DNA from: a virus
Direction: 5' to 3' (one strand)
IMG/VR virus record: IMGVR_UViG_2852667396_000001
Span: 2,060-66,059 of that record
Length of the DNA: 64,000 nt
The position numbers were made by a program, and so were the translations under genes. This document shows positions 36,841-47,429 of this stretch, in pieces (the stretch's first letter is position 1; each line of letters opens with the position of its first letter). A model generated the notes under the pieces. It was not told the origin of the DNA, searched no databases, and saw only the letters and a list, made by a program, of their open reading frames with translations.

Positions 36841-37569
36841 GTGGCAGAAGAAAACGAAATCGACCTGGAAAACCCGGCAATTAAGGCCGCTATCGCGACT
36901 GCCGTTGAAGCATCCGTTTCCGGCTTGAAAACCAAGAACTCGGAACTGCTGGGCAAGCTGAAGGAAACCTCCGGCAAGCTGACCCAGTTCGAAACCCAGT
37001 TTGAGGGCATCGACATCGACGCAGTCAAAGGCCTGCTCAGTCGTGCTGGCCAGGACGAAGAAACCAAGCTGCTGACCGAGGGCAAGGTCGACGAAGTCTT
37101 CAATCGCCGCACCGAGCGCCTGCGCGGCGACTACGACAAGCAGTTGAAGGCCATCAGTGAGCGCGCCGAGAAGGCTGAATCTTTCGCGGCCAAGTTCCAG
37201 GGCAAAGTCCTGGGCGACTCGGTGCGCGGTGCAGCACTGAAGGCTGGTGCGCTCCCCGAAGCCACAGACGACATCATCCTGCGCGCCAAAGGCGTGTTCA
37301 CCCTTAACGAAGATGGTGATGCAGTCGCCGTTGATGAATCCGGCCAGGTCATCCTCGGTAAAGACGGCAAGACCCCTTTGACTCCGCTCGAATGGGCGGA
37401 ATCTCTGCGCGAAAGCGCACCTCACCTGTGGCCAAGGGCTTCAGGGACATTTGCCCCGGGCGGGGGTGGCGGCAAGGCTGCATTCAAGCGCTCCGAAATG
37501 ACCTCCGAGCAGAAGCGCGATTTCCAGCGCAAGCACGGCCAAACCGCATACCTCGCATTGCCCAAGTAA
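36841..37569 (+). CDS. Capsid scaffolding protein
   Basis: Coiled coil; GLKTKNSELL; position before capsid. Confidence 0.8.
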   Translation: MAEENEIDLENPAIKAAIATAVEASVSGLKTKNSELLGKLKETSGKLTQFETQFEGIDIDAVKGLLSRAGQDEETKLLTEGKVDEVFNRRTERLRGDYDKQLKAISERAEKAESFAAKFQGKVLGDSVRGAALKAGALPEATDDIILRAKGVFTLNEDGDAVAVDESGQVILGKDGKTPLTPLEWAESLRESAPHLWPRASGTFAPGGGGGKAAFKRSEMTSEQKRDFQRKHGQTAYLALPK

Positions 37570-37581
37570 GGGGAAAGACCC

Positions 37582-38547
37582 ATGGTTACAACTGTCAACA
37601 GCGACCTGATCATCTATAACGATGAGGCACAAACTGCATACCTGGAGCGTGTCCAGGACAACCTGGATGTGTTCAATGCATCCTCCAATGGCGCGATGGT
37701 GCTCGACAACGAGCTGATCGAAGGTGACTTCCGCAAGCGTGCGCTCTACAAGCTGAACGGTTCGCTGGAACACCGCGACGTCAACTCAGAAGGCAAGGTT
37801 ACTGCCAAGAAGATCAGCGCCGGCGAAGCTGTCGGCGTCAAGGCTCCCTGGAAGTACGGCCCGTACCAGACCACTGAAGAGGCGTTCAAGCGCCGCGGTC
37901 GTCCGGTCGAGGAGTTCTCCCAGATCGTTGGTGCCGACGTTGCTGACGCGACCCTGGAAGGATTCATCCAGTACGCAACTGCTGGCCTTCGTGCCGCCAT
38001 CGGCTCCAACGCTGACATGGTGGTTTCGGCCAACATCGAAACCGACGGCAAGAAGACGCTGACCCGCGGCATGCGCAAGTTCGGCGACAAGTTCGGCCGG
38101 ATCGCTCTGTGGGTCATGCACTCCAGCGCTTACTTCGACATCGTCGACCAAGCCATCACGAACAAGATCTACGAAGAAGCTGGTGTTGTGATCTACGGCG
38201 GCCTGCCGGGCACCTTGGGTAAGCCCGTATTGGTGACCGACACCGCGCCGGCCGACGTGATCTTTGGCTTGCTGCCAAACGCGGTAACCATCACTGAATC
38301 TCAGGCTCCGGGCTTCCGTTCCTACGAAGTGAACGACGAAGAAAACCTGAGCATCGGCTATCGCGCTGAAGGCACTGTGAACATCGACGTGCTTGGCTAC
38401 AGCTGGAAAGCCACTACTGGTGGCTCCAACCCAACCCTGGCTGCCGTCGGCTCCGCTGCCAACTGGGTCAAGCACGCGGGCAGCAACAAGGTCACCGCCG
38501 GCGTGATGATTACGCTGACCGCAACGCCTCCTGTTACTGGCGGTTAA
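37582..38547 (+). CDS. Major capsid protein
   Basis: Size, position, VFNASSNGA, KVTAGV. Confidence 0.88.
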   Translation: MVTTVNSDLIIYNDEAQTAYLERVQDNLDVFNASSNGAMVLDNELIEGDFRKRALYKLNGSLEHRDVNSEGKVTAKKISAGEAVGVKAPWKYGPYQTTEEAFKRRGRPVEEFSQIVGADVADATLEGFIQYATAGLRAAIGSNADMVVSANIETDGKKTLTRGMRKFGDKFGRIALWVMHSSAYFDIVDQAITNKIYEEAGVVIYGGLPGTLGKPVLVTDTAPADVIFGLLPNAVTITESQAPGFRSYEVNDEENLSIGYRAEGTVNIDVLGYSWKATTGGSNPTLAAVGSAANWVKHAGSNKVTAGVMITLTATPPVTGG

Positions 38548-38594
38548 GCCTCAAACTCAACGCGCGGTCAGCAATGGCCGCCTTGGAGAAACAC

Positions 38595-39179
38595 ATGGAA
38601 CTGACTTACAGCAACCAGCTGAGCGGCTTCGACCCGGAGAAGCGTTACCGCAATCCGGAACACTTCGATAAGCCCGAAGCGGGTGTGACCAGCGTGCTGG
38701 TGATTGGCGATTGGCCGAGCGTGGTCAATGCGTACGAAGCAGCCGGCATCGACGTGTCGGTGAAGGAAGCCAAGCGGGCGCAGATTGTTGGTGCGGGCAA
38801 CCAAGCCGAACTGGAAAAGGTGATCGCGGCTTTGCGTGCTGAGCATGGAACGATCCAGATCCTTGTTGACGGCCTGGAAGCTGGCGAAATCCATCGTCCA
38901 GAGTCCGGCGACCTTGCGTCGCGCTTGTTTGACGTGCTGGGCACCATCCATGCTTCGGTTGATGAGTTGACCACTGAACGTGATGGCCTGGCCTTGACTG
39001 TCGACGCACTGCATGGCGAGGTTGAAGCGCTGAAGAAGTCTTTCATCACGCCCCCGGCTGATGAGGCCGACGAAATCGCAGCGCTTAAAGCAAAGCTCGA
39101 TGAGGCTAAGGTCCAATATCGGGCAAACGCCTCCAAAGAATCCCTGGAAAGGCTCGTCGCTGAGCTGCCCAGGGAGTAA
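38595..39179 (+). CDS. Head-associated protein with C-terminal HeH-like motif
   Basis: LKAKLDEAKVQYRANASKESL. Confidence 0.65.
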   Translation: MELTYSNQLSGFDPEKRYRNPEHFDKPEAGVTSVLVIGDWPSVVNAYEAAGIDVSVKEAKRAQIVGAGNQAELEKVIAALRAEHGTIQILVDGLEAGEIHRPESGDLASRLFDVLGTIHASVDELTTERDGLALTVDALHGEVEALKKSFITPPADEADEIAALKAKLDEAKVQYRANASKESLERLVAELPRE

Positions 39180-39238
39180 TACTGCTGGGCGTCGGTGATC
39201 CGGCGGCCAAACTACAAACAATTCCAGCGAGTTGACGC

Positions 39239-39742
39239 ATGACACTCATCATCGAGGACGGCACCGGCAAGCCTGACGCCGAAAGCTACGCGAGCGCCGA
39301 GGACCTGGCCCTGTATGCCGTGAAGTTCGGCGCAGTTATCCCGGCGGGCGTCCCCGAGCAGGAAGCTCTGCTACGCCGGGCCGCGTTGGCGATGGATGGC
39401 AAGACCTGGAAAGGCCGCAAGATGAGCAGCGAGCAGGCGCTGGCCTGGCCGCGTCGGGGTATTGAGCTGGACTGCCAGATCAAGCCAGACAACTACCTGC
39501 CGGCGAGGATCCAGTACGGGCAGATGGCTCTGGCCGCTGAGATCCATCAGGACGACATCGACCCGGTGGAGAAGCGCAAGGGTGCAGTAACACTGGAGCG
39601 TGTCGAAGGCGCGGTAACACGCGAGTACGCCACGATTTCCAACACCAGCGGTCGACTGTTGCCGGCGGCGCCGGACCGGCCGAGTGCTACGCAGTTTGCC
39701 GACTACCTACAAAAGCGCGGGCTGTTCGCAGTGCGCGCATAG
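39239..39742 (+). CDS. Head-tail adaptor (DnaT-like annotation family)
   Basis: LIIEDGTG...AESY, QALAWPR. Confidence 0.8.
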   Translation: MTLIIEDGTGKPDAESYASAEDLALYAVKFGAVIPAGVPEQEALLRRAALAMDGKTWKGRKMSSEQALAWPRRGIELDCQIKPDNYLPARIQYGQMALAAEIHQDDIDPVEKRKGAVTLERVEGAVTREYATISNTSGRLLPAAPDRPSATQFADYLQKRGLFAVRA

Positions 39743-39759
39743 CTGTAATGGAGACCATC

Positions 39760-40128
39760 ATGGCCTTTTACGACGAAATGGCCGTGATGGCTCTGGAGAT
39801 GATCGAAGAGTTCGGCCAGCCCGTGACCATCAGCAAGACGGAGCCGGGCGAGTACGACCCGGAGACGGGCGGCGAAGCGCCAGGTGCCACCGTCGAGCAG
39901 ATCGCCCAAGGCATCCTACTCGACTTCACCGGACAAGAATTCCAGAACAACAGCCTCATCAAGCAGGGCGACAAGAAGCTCAAGATTGCAGCGCAGGGGC
40001 TTACGTGGGTACCTGGCCTGCTCGACAAAGTGGTTGCTCAGGGTCGTACCTGGTCAATCGTGCCGCCGCTGAAAGAGGTCAACCCTGCCGGTACGCCGAT
40101 CCTCTATGAGTTGCAGGTGCGGTCGTGA
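39760..40128 (+). CDS. Head closure protein
   Basis: Position; YDPETG, IKQGDKK. Confidence 0.7.
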   Translation: MAFYDEMAVMALEMIEEFGQPVTISKTEPGEYDPETGGEAPGATVEQIAQGILLDFTGQEFQNNSLIKQGDKKLKIAAQGLTWVPGLLDKVVAQGRTWSIVPPLKEVNPAGTPILYELQVRS

Positions 40129-40781
40129 GCCGGGCAGGCGCCGGACAGTCCGGCAGTTTTGCGCTCAGCCTGGCCGAGTTCGCCGCCCAGGCCAGTGAAG
40201 CAATTGACGCGAGCCTGCGCGAGATCATCATCGAGATTGGTAGCAGCATCATCCGCATGTCACCGGTGGGGAATCCTGAAATATGGGCGGCCAACGTTGC
40301 TCATCGCGACGCCAATTCCCGCGCAGCCGACGACTACGACTTCAAGGTTGCAGTGCGCAATACGCTCATCAACCTGGACGAATCGAACTTCACGAAGGCG
40401 GGCAACCTCAAGCGCGGCGTGAAATATGCCAAACCGCTAACGAAGACCGAGCGCGACCAGAACTTCAGCGTGAATGGCTTGGTGGCTGGTCGGGACTATG
40501 TTGGCGGTCGCTTTCGGGCGAACTGGAATTTCTCCATCGGCTCTGTCGACAACAGCTTCCGCATTCACCCAGACCCGACAGGGACCGAGGCAACCGCAAG
40601 GCTTGTCGCGGGCGCCATTGAATTCAAGGCTGGGCAGACAGCTTTCATCGTTAACAACTTGCCCTATGCGATCCCGTTGGAGTTCGGCCATTCCACTCAG
40701 GCCCCCGGCGGCATGGTTCGGGTCACCGTGGCTCGCTTTCAGCAGATCGTGCTGGAGGCCATCAGGAACAACCAGGTATGA
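40125..40781 (+). CDS. Tail completion protein (HK97 gp10-like)
   Basis: GRFRANW, NNLPYAIPLEFGHSTQAP. Confidence 0.8.
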   Translation: MSRAGAGQSGSFALSLAEFAAQASEAIDASLREIIIEIGSSIIRMSPVGNPEIWAANVAHRDANSRAADDYDFKVAVRNTLINLDESNFTKAGNLKRGVKYAKPLTKTERDQNFSVNGLVAGRDYVGGRFRANWNFSIGSVDNSFRIHPDPTGTEATARLVAGAIEFKAGQTAFIVNNLPYAIPLEFGHSTQAPGGMVRVTVARFQQIVLEAIRNNQV

Positions 40782-41197
40782 GTCACGCAATCATCGCTTC
40801 GATCTACGAGGCCAAGCTCATCGCCTGGAACGCTGCCAGGTCGGACAAGCTCAAGATCGTTTTCGAGAACACGGCCTACGCGCCAGCGGAGGGTGAGACT
40901 TATCTGCGGGCCTTCACTATCCCGGGCGACACCACGAGCAACACACTCGGCGGTGATCACCGGCTGTTCACCGGCGTGTTTCAGGTCAGCATCATCGCAC
41001 CGGCGGGCACCGGCAAGATCAAGACCAACCCAATCACCACAGAACTGGTTGACCTGTTCCCGCTATACGCCAGGGACACGAAGGGTGCGGTCACCGTGGT
41101 GACCATGTCGCCAGTTGACCCAGGCCCTGGCATCACAGGCGACTCTGCCTACACCGTCTCTGTTTCGTTCTCATATAGATCCGATGTTGCCGCATAA
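40778..41197 (+). CDS. Tail terminator-like protein
   Basis: GVFQVSI..PAGTG. Confidence 0.75.
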   Translation: MSHAIIASIYEAKLIAWNAARSDKLKIVFENTAYAPAEGETYLRAFTIPGDTTSNTLGGDHRLFTGVFQVSIIAPAGTGKIKTNPITTELVDLFPLYARDTKGAVTVVTMSPVDPGPGITGDSAYTVSVSFSYRSDVAA

Positions 41198-41205
41198 GCC
41201 CGGTT

Positions 41206-41712
41206 TCATTCGGCTAGACAATTGGACATTTTGGCGGCGACTGATTCGAGCGATTTGTGTAGCGCTTCGACATGCATAGTCGCCTCGTCTGCCGCGTTTA
41301 GTTCGTTGTAACCGTATCCGGAGTTAACCAAAATATTGCGGAATGCATATTCAACCCCAGTTCCTTTGCTGCTTGCGACGAGCGTGTACTTCGTCAGTGA
41401 TCTCAGGCTGGTGCCCATCACTGTTATGTAATAGCTGCCCGTGCCTGGCATAACCACTCGTTGCTTCGAGAGATCGCTCACGGGCGATATCGAGTCATTT
41501 GTTATCTGCTGAACCATGCAAAACTGGATTTGATCTACTGATACCTTATTGGCATCTCTAAAGCGCATTTCCTGCAAGGTGGGCCATCCATTTTGAGAGG
41601 TGCCAAGCACTATGTCCGGGTTCTGGGAAGCAAGTCGAGTAGGTGCGGGCGGCGCAGTCGCACAACCGCTAAGGATACAAACTGCTACAGCGACAGAGAA
41701 AAATTTGAACAT
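41206..41712 (-). CDS. Lipoprotein moron
   Basis: Lipobox ILSGC; antisense within tail operon. Confidence 0.8.
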   Translation of the reverse strand: MFKFFSVAVAVCILSGCATAPPAPTRLASQNPDIVLGTSQNGWPTLQEMRFRDANKVSVDQIQFCMVQQITNDSISPVSDLSKQRVVMPGTGSYYITVMGTSLRSLTKYTLVASSKGTGVEYAFRNILVNSGYGYNELNAADEATMHVEALHKSLESVAAKMSNCLAE

Positions 41713-41880
41713 TACTCATCCTTGATCTGGTTAGAAGGCCCCATCTAAATACTCGTTCAAGGGCGCACATTCAATCTATTGCATCAGAGCTCCATTGCGA
41801 GCCTTAAAACAACGCCCATTGGGCAACCCGAGAACCCGCCACCGAGCGGGTTTTTCATATCTGAAAAGAGGAAATACCCC

Positions 41881-42537
41881 ATGGGCTACAAACTCCCGAA
41901 CGGTGGCACCTTCCAGCACGCCGCAACCTACGCCGCTGCACTGGCGTTCCCCACCATCAGCAACGCGAGCGAGGCGGTGGCCACCGTTGTAGGTGGCACC
42001 ATCGCTGCCGGCGATATTGTTCTGCTGACGTCTGGCTGGAGCAAGCTCGATAGCAAGGTGGTTCGCGTGAAGGCAGCGACGGCAACGGCGATTACCCTGG
42101 AAGGCATCGACACTTCCGACACGCAGGTCTATCCGGTCGCTGGCGGCGCTGGCACGATGCGCAAGGTGCTGACCTGGGTGCAGATCCCGCAAATCTCCGA
42201 CGTGGCCTTCTCCGGCGGCGAACAGAACTACCTTGATGTGGTGTTCCTCGAGGATGACCAAGGCAAGCAGATCCCCACCGACAAATCAGCGGCAAGTATG
42301 GTGCTCACCATCGCCGATGACCCGGCCCAGGCGTTCAACGGAGTGCTGCTGAAGGCGGACGCCGGCAAGCAGATCGAAGCGGCGCGCCTGAACCTGCCTG
42401 GTAACGACACCCTGCTGTACGGCACCTACACGTCGTTTTCCAAACAGCCAGCGGTGTCCCGCAACAACCTGCTGACCCGCACCGTCAGCTTGGCGTTGCA
42501 GGCCGAGCCGACCCGCTACCTGACTGCGGCGGTGTAA
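41881..42537 (+). CDS. Major tail tube protein
   Basis: LPNG start, SGGEQ, position. Confidence 0.85.
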   Translation: MGYKLPNGGTFQHAATYAAALAFPTISNASEAVATVVGGTIAAGDIVLLTSGWSKLDSKVVRVKAATATAITLEGIDTSDTQVYPVAGGAGTMRKVLTWVQIPQISDVAFSGGEQNYLDVVFLEDDQGKQIPTDKSAASMVLTIADDPAQAFNGVLLKADAGKQIEAARLNLPGNDTLLYGTYTSFSKQPAVSRNNLLTRTVSLALQAEPTRYLTAAV

Positions 42538-42540
42538 CCC

Positions 42541-42921
42541 ATGGCTAAGATCCGTATCGCGCAAAAGGCTACGTTCAATGCGCCCGTGCTGATCCCGATC
42601 GTCGGCAGCGAACCCGAGAAGGTCGAGTTCACTTTCAAGTACCGGGATCGCACCGAGCTTGCCGCTCTGTTCGATGAATGGAACGAGGCGCGGAACAAGG
42701 CGCGGGCCGCGCTGGGCGACAAGCCTTCTTGGTCGGAAGTGGTTGCCGTGGACACCGAGCAGCAAACCCAGCAAATCAAGGACCTGGTAATCGGCTGGGG
42801 TTTCGACGACGAATACAACGACGACAACATCGTCGCATTCGTGAAGTCCTGCCAGGGTGCCGCCGAGGCGGTCGTTAAGGCCTACGAAGGCGCATACAGC
42901 CAGGCCCGCCTGGGAAACTGA
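42541..42921 (+). CDS. Tail assembly chaperone (G)
   Basis: Ends at slippery GGGAAAC. Confidence 0.85.
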   Translation: MAKIRIAQKATFNAPVLIPIVGSEPEKVEFTFKYRDRTELAALFDEWNEARNKARAALGDKPSWSEVVAVDTEQQTQQIKDLVIGWGFDDEYNDDNIVAFVKSCQGAAEAVVKAYEGAYSQARLGN

Positions 42922-43241
42922 CTGACGCCGCCCGCGCGATGTACTCGCCGAGCGTGCCCGACACGATTATCGGCATGTTCGGCCTTGCCCCTGGCGATCT
43001 GGTTGAAGACGTGGAGGTCTGGCCCTGCAATTGGCCTGCCTTCCTCCTATTCAACCGAATGTCCACCCAGTGGCGAGCAGGCGCCGGCGGCGCGATCGGT
43101 CTCGACTACAGCTGCATCCGCGACGTGGCCGGCTTCCTCGGCATCAAGAAAAAGAAACTCGCTGAAATCTTCCCAGACCTCCAGGTGCTGGAAGGCGAGG
43201 CCCTGCGCGTCATGGCGGAGGAGAGGGAAAACAGCCCGTAA
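42912..43241 (+). CDS. Tail chaperone GT extension via -1 frameshift (DUF1799-like)
   Basis: G GGA AAC at 42912-42918; -1 frame open into MSTQWR...GLDY ORF. Confidence 0.8.
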   Translation, partial: GKLTDAARAMYSPSVPDTIIGMFGLAPGDLVEDVEVWPCNWPAFLLFNRMSTQWRAGAGGAIGLDYSCIRDVAGFLGIKKKKLAEIFPDLQVLEGEALRVMAEERENSP

Positions 43242-43268
43242 CCGCGGGCACTTATTCAAGGTGAGTCG

Positions 43269-46200
43269 ATGAACATTGCAGAACTCGGCGTCAAGATCGA
43301 CTCGGCCGATGCAATCCAGGCGAAAACGAGTCTGGATGAAATGGCGAAGGCCGGCGGCCGGGCCGAGCAGTCCGCCGTTTCGCTGATGAACGAAATGCAG
43401 GCGCTGGAAAAGTCGCTATCCACCAGCGCCAAAACCACCCAGGACTTGGCAAAGCAGCGTGACGCTCTCGCCAAGCTGACCAAGACTGGCGCCTATGGCG
43501 AGGCCGAGGCGGCGAAGATCTCGGCACAGCTCGACAAGCAGCAGGTGGCCTTGGCCAAGTCCGCTATGGACGAGCAGAAGGCCCTCAACAGCCTGCTGGG
43601 GGCTATTGACCCTGCCCGTGCCGCGCTGGCTAAGCTGGACACGCAGGTCGAGCAACTGGGCAAGCATCTCGACGAGGGTCGAATCAGCCAGGACCAGTAC
43701 AACAGCGCCCTGGCCAAGATCGACAAGGATTACGGAAAGCTCGAAAAGACCACCACCGGCTTCGACAAGCTGCGCCTCGGCACCCGCCAGGCTCAGGAAA
43801 ACGTCGTACAGCTTGGTAACGCGCTGTCGTCGGGTGACTGGGGGAGTGGTGTTCGAGCCGTGGCTCAGTTGGGCGCCGGCGCTGGTGCAGGTGCTGCGGG
43901 CTTGCTCGCCATCCTGGCGCCTCTAGCGCTTGCGACAGCAGCCGTGGGCAGCCTGGCATATGCCTACCACAAAGGCAGCGAAGAGCAGGACAGCTACAAC
44001 AAGTCGCTCATCCTTACCGGCAACTATGCAGGGGTTAGCGCTGGGCAGTTGGGCGACATGGCGCGCCAAGTCAGCGCGACCGTGGGCACCACAGGCCAGG
44101 CCGCTGCGGTACTGGCGATGCTGGCGGATAACGGCAAGATCGCCGGCGAGAGTTTTGCGGGCATCACCCAGGCCGCCGTTTCGATGCAGGAGGCGACCGG
44201 TAAAGCCGTCAGCGAGACAGTCGCCGAGTTCGTGAAGCTTGCCGACGACCCAGTTAAGGCTTCGGCTGCCCTGAATGAGCAGTATCACTATCTGACGGCT
44301 TCGGTGTTCTCGCAGATCGCCGCGCTGGAAGAGCAGCGCGACCATGCTGGCGCCGTAAAGCTTGCGACCGAGTCTTACGCTGACGCGATCAACGAGCGCA
44401 CGCCGAAGATTTTGGAGAACCTGAGCTTCTGGGAGAAAGGCTACAACGCGGTCGCACGCGCTGCTGACAGCCTCAAGAACATCGGCCGCCCGGACATCAG
44501 CGCCGATATCGAACAGGCCCGCCGAGACCTGGCAAGCGCGCAGTCCGGCGACGTTGGTCTGTTCCAAAACAAGCAGGAGATGATTGATCTCTATCAAAAC
44601 AGCTTGAATATGCTTGAGGACCAGAAGGCGGCACAGGCTGAAATTGCAAAGCTGGAAGGCGATCAGGCAAAAGCCCAACAAGCCGCGATCACCTCGATGC
44701 AAAAGGTTGACGCGCTCACCAAGTCCTCGTGGACGAATGAACAGAAGCGGGCCGACGCACTCAAGGACTACAAAAAACAACTCGACGATATCCGCAAGGT
44801 AGCGCCGAACGATCCGCGCCTGGCCCAGGCTACGGTCGATAAAAACATCGCCAACATCAACGACAAGTTCAAGGACCCGAAAGCCGCTGGTACCCAGGTC
44901 GATCTGACCGGCTTCAACAACGCCAAGAACAACCTGGCGGCGATCACCGACACCTACAAAAACTACCAGAAGGAGCTGGAAGCGGCGCAGAAAGCCGGCC
45001 TGCTGTCCGAGGAAGACTATCTTCTACGTCGTCAGGCCTTGATCGGCAACGAGCTTGATCAGGTCACGGCGGCCTACGAGGCCGAGATCTCGGCCCTGGA
45101 AGCATCCAAGGCCAAGAAGAGCACCTCGGCGGCGCAGAGCATTCAGCTCGACCAGAAGATCGCCGACGCGCGCGCAGGAATGGTCAAGGCGCAGAAGGAT
45201 GCCGACAGCCAGCTTGAAGTGCTCGCCACCAACGAAACCGGGCGCCTGGCAAAGCAGGAGCGAGCGATCAGCACGTACGTGCAGGCGCTGGGGCAGCAGC
45301 AGCGGGCTTTGGAATTGGCAGGCCAGCGCGCAGTGCTCGGCGTTGGGCAGGGCGATCGACAGAACGCGCTCAGCGGCGAACTGAACAGCCAGCAGGACCG
45401 GTTTGCTCAGCAGTCGCTGGAGCTTGCCAACCAGAAATCCGACCCGTCGCGGAACATGTCGGAGGAAGAGTTTAAGCGCAAATCGCAGGCTCTCGCAGAC
45501 GCGAACAAGGCCGCCACCGACCAGATCCGGCAGAACTATGCGGATGTGGAAAATGCCCAGGGCGATTGGACGAAGGGCGCAACGGCAGCCTGGGATAACT
45601 ACCTGGATTCGGCGCGCAACATCGCCGGGCAAACCAAAAGCCTGTTCGGCAACGCCTTCAGTTCCATGGAGGATTCCATCGTCAACTTTGCCATGACCGG
45701 TAAGGCGTCGTTCTCGGACTTCGCCAAATCGATCCTGGCCGACATGGCGCGTATAGCTACCCGTCAGGCCAGTTCGGCGCTGCTGGGCAGTCTGGTTGGT
45801 GCGGCGGCGAGCTATCTCGGCGGCAGTGCTGCTGGAGGTGGCAACGGAATGGCTGCCGGCTCTGCCGGTGCTACCTCCTCAAACTTGGGCGCGTCCTCGG
45901 CCGGCTACTCCAACACCTACTTCCCGCAAGCCAAGGGCGGCGCGTGGTCGGGCGATGTGCAGATGTTCGCCGACGGCGGTGCGTTCACGAACTCCATCGT
46001 CAGCAAGCCAACGGCGTTCGGTATGGCCAATGGCAAAACCGGAGTCATGGGTGAGGCTGGTGAGGAAGCAATCATGCCCCTGACCCGGACGTCGAGCGGC
46101 AAGCTGGGGGTTATGGCCATGGGCGGCGGTGGGGCTGGCGGAACGCAGATCAATGTCGAGGTGCACATCGATGGCGAGGGCAACGCCTCGTCCTCGGCTG

Positions 46201-46325
46201 ATGCTCCCGGCTATGACCTGTTCGGCAAGGAGCTGGCGACGTTCGTAGAGCAGAAGTACCAGGAACTGCGGAGCAGGGACATGCGCCAGGGCGGCGTCAT
46301 CAACAACGCAATTAAGGGGCGATGA
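43269..46325 (+). CDS. Tape measure protein
   Basis: 1018 aa Ala-rich helical; lambda H-like; GEAGEEAIMPL. Confidence 0.93.
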   Translation: MNIAELGVKIDSADAIQAKTSLDEMAKAGGRAEQSAVSLMNEMQALEKSLSTSAKTTQDLAKQRDALAKLTKTGAYGEAEAAKISAQLDKQQVALAKSAMDEQKALNSLLGAIDPARAALAKLDTQVEQLGKHLDEGRISQDQYNSALAKIDKDYGKLEKTTTGFDKLRLGTRQAQENVVQLGNALSSGDWGSGVRAVAQLGAGAGAGAAGLLAILAPLALATAAVGSLAYAYHKGSEEQDSYNKSLILTGNYAGVSAGQLGDMARQVSATVGTTGQAAAVLAMLADNGKIAGESFAGITQAAVSMQEATGKAVSETVAEFVKLADDPVKASAALNEQYHYLTASVFSQIAALEEQRDHAGAVKLATESYADAINERTPKILENLSFWEKGYNAVARAADSLKNIGRPDISADIEQARRDLASAQSGDVGLFQNKQEMIDLYQNSLNMLEDQKAAQAEIAKLEGDQAKAQQAAITSMQKVDALTKSSWTNEQKRADALKDYKKQLDDIRKVAPNDPRLAQATVDKNIANINDKFKDPKAAGTQVDLTGFNNAKNNLAAITDTYKNYQKELEAAQKAGLLSEEDYLLRRQALIGNELDQVTAAYEAEISALEASKAKKSTSAAQSIQLDQKIADARAGMVKAQKDADSQLEVLATNETGRLAKQERAISTYVQALGQQQRALELAGQRAVLGVGQGDRQNALSGELNSQQDRFAQQSLELANQKSDPSRNMSEEEFKRKSQALADANKAATDQIRQNYADVENAQGDWTKGATAAWDNYLDSARNIAGQTKSLFGNAFSSMEDSIVNFAMTGKASFSDFAKSILADMARIATRQASSALLGSLVGAAASYLGGSAAGGGNGMAAGSAGATSSNLGASSAGYSNTYFPQAKGGAWSGDVQMFADGGAFTNSIVSKPTAFGMANGKTGVMGEAGEEAIMPLTRTSSGKLGVMAMGGGGAGGTQINVEVHIDGEGNASSSADAPGYDLFGKELATFVEQKYQELRSRDMRQGGVINNAIKGR

Positions 46326-46663
46326 TGGCTATCGAACGATTCACCTGGGCGACGGAGAAGGGCGCGGAGGGCGATATTTCCCAGCGCGTCCACTCCAAGC
46401 AGTTTGGCGATGGCTACGAGCAGTCGGTCGAGGATGGCCTCAACAACCGTTCGCAATCCTGGCCGGTGACCTTCACCGGTTTGAAGGGGCGCATCAAGGA
46501 CATCATGGCGTTCCTCGACCGACACAAAGGGGCGAAGGGCTTCCTCTGGGAGCCGCCCCTGGGTGAGCTTGGCCTCTACAAGTGCAACGGCTACAAACCT
46601 GTGCACCGCGGCGGCCAGGTCTACGCCATCACCGCGACTTTCCAGCAAACCTTTCATCCCTGA
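46325..46663 (+). CDS. Minor tail protein M-like
   Basis: QFGDGYEQ..GLN. Confidence 0.88.
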   Translation: MAIERFTWATEKGAEGDISQRVHSKQFGDGYEQSVEDGLNNRSQSWPVTFTGLKGRIKDIMAFLDRHKGAKGFLWEPPLGELGLYKCNGYKPVHRGGQVYAITATFQQTFHP

Positions 46664-46674
46664 GATAACTGCCC

Positions 46675-47427
46675 ATGGCACTGATCACGGACATCCAGAA
46701 ACTGGAGCCCGGCGGCGAGATTCGCCTGTTCGAAATCGACGGGACCGAGTACGGCGCCGATTACCTTCGCTTCCACGGTCACGCTATCCCGCACACGCCA
46801 GAGGAATTGCTGGCCTACGAGGGCTCCGAGGATGATCTACCCGCCAAGTCGATTATCTGGCAGGGCCAGGAGTACGCGGCTTGGCCAGTGCAGATTGAGG
46901 GTATTTCCTCGAGCAGCGACGGAGCCGCCTCTCGGCCCACGTTCGCCGCGGGCAACGTCAACGGGCGCGTCACCGCGCTGTGCCTGGCCTTCGAGGACAT
47001 GCTCAAGTTCAAGCTCACAGTCCGCGAGACCCTGGCCCAGTACCTCGATGCGGCCAACTTCCCCGAGGGCAACCCAACCGCAGACCCTACCCAGGAGGCG
47101 CTGGAGATCTGGTATATCGACCAGAAAACCAGCGAGGACGGCGAGGCGGTGGTCTGGGAGCTGTCCTCCCCGGGCGAGATCGATAACCACGGTTTGCCCG
47201 GCCGGCAGATGACAACGTTCTGCCACTGGGCCATGACCAATGGTTACCGGGGGCCGGACTGCGGCTACACCGGCGCTGCCATGTTCGACGACGAGGACAG
47301 CTCCACGGATGACCCGGCTCTGGATCAGTGCAAGGGCTGTCTGTCGTCGTGCAAGTTGCGCTTTGGCGAGAACAACGAGCTCAGTTTCGGTGGCTTCCCT
47401 GCCGTTTCCCTCATAGCCCGGAGCTGA
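46675..47427 (+). CDS. Minor tail protein L-like
   Basis: C-terminal Cys cluster; FGGFP. Confidence 0.9.
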   Translation: MALITDIQKLEPGGEIRLFEIDGTEYGADYLRFHGHAIPHTPEELLAYEGSEDDLPAKSIIWQGQEYAAWPVQIEGISSSSDGAASRPTFAAGNVNGRVTALCLAFEDMLKFKLTVRETLAQYLDAANFPEGNPTADPTQEALEIWYIDQKTSEDGEAVVWELSSPGEIDNHGLPGRQMTTFCHWAMTNGYRGPDCGYTGAAMFDDEDSSTDDPALDQCKGCLSSCKLRFGENNELSFGGFPAVSLIARS

Positions 47428-47429
47428 CC

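Noticed and set aside
42912-42918. Slippery site as a novelty
   Set aside because: Standard tail chaperone G/GT -1 frameshift.
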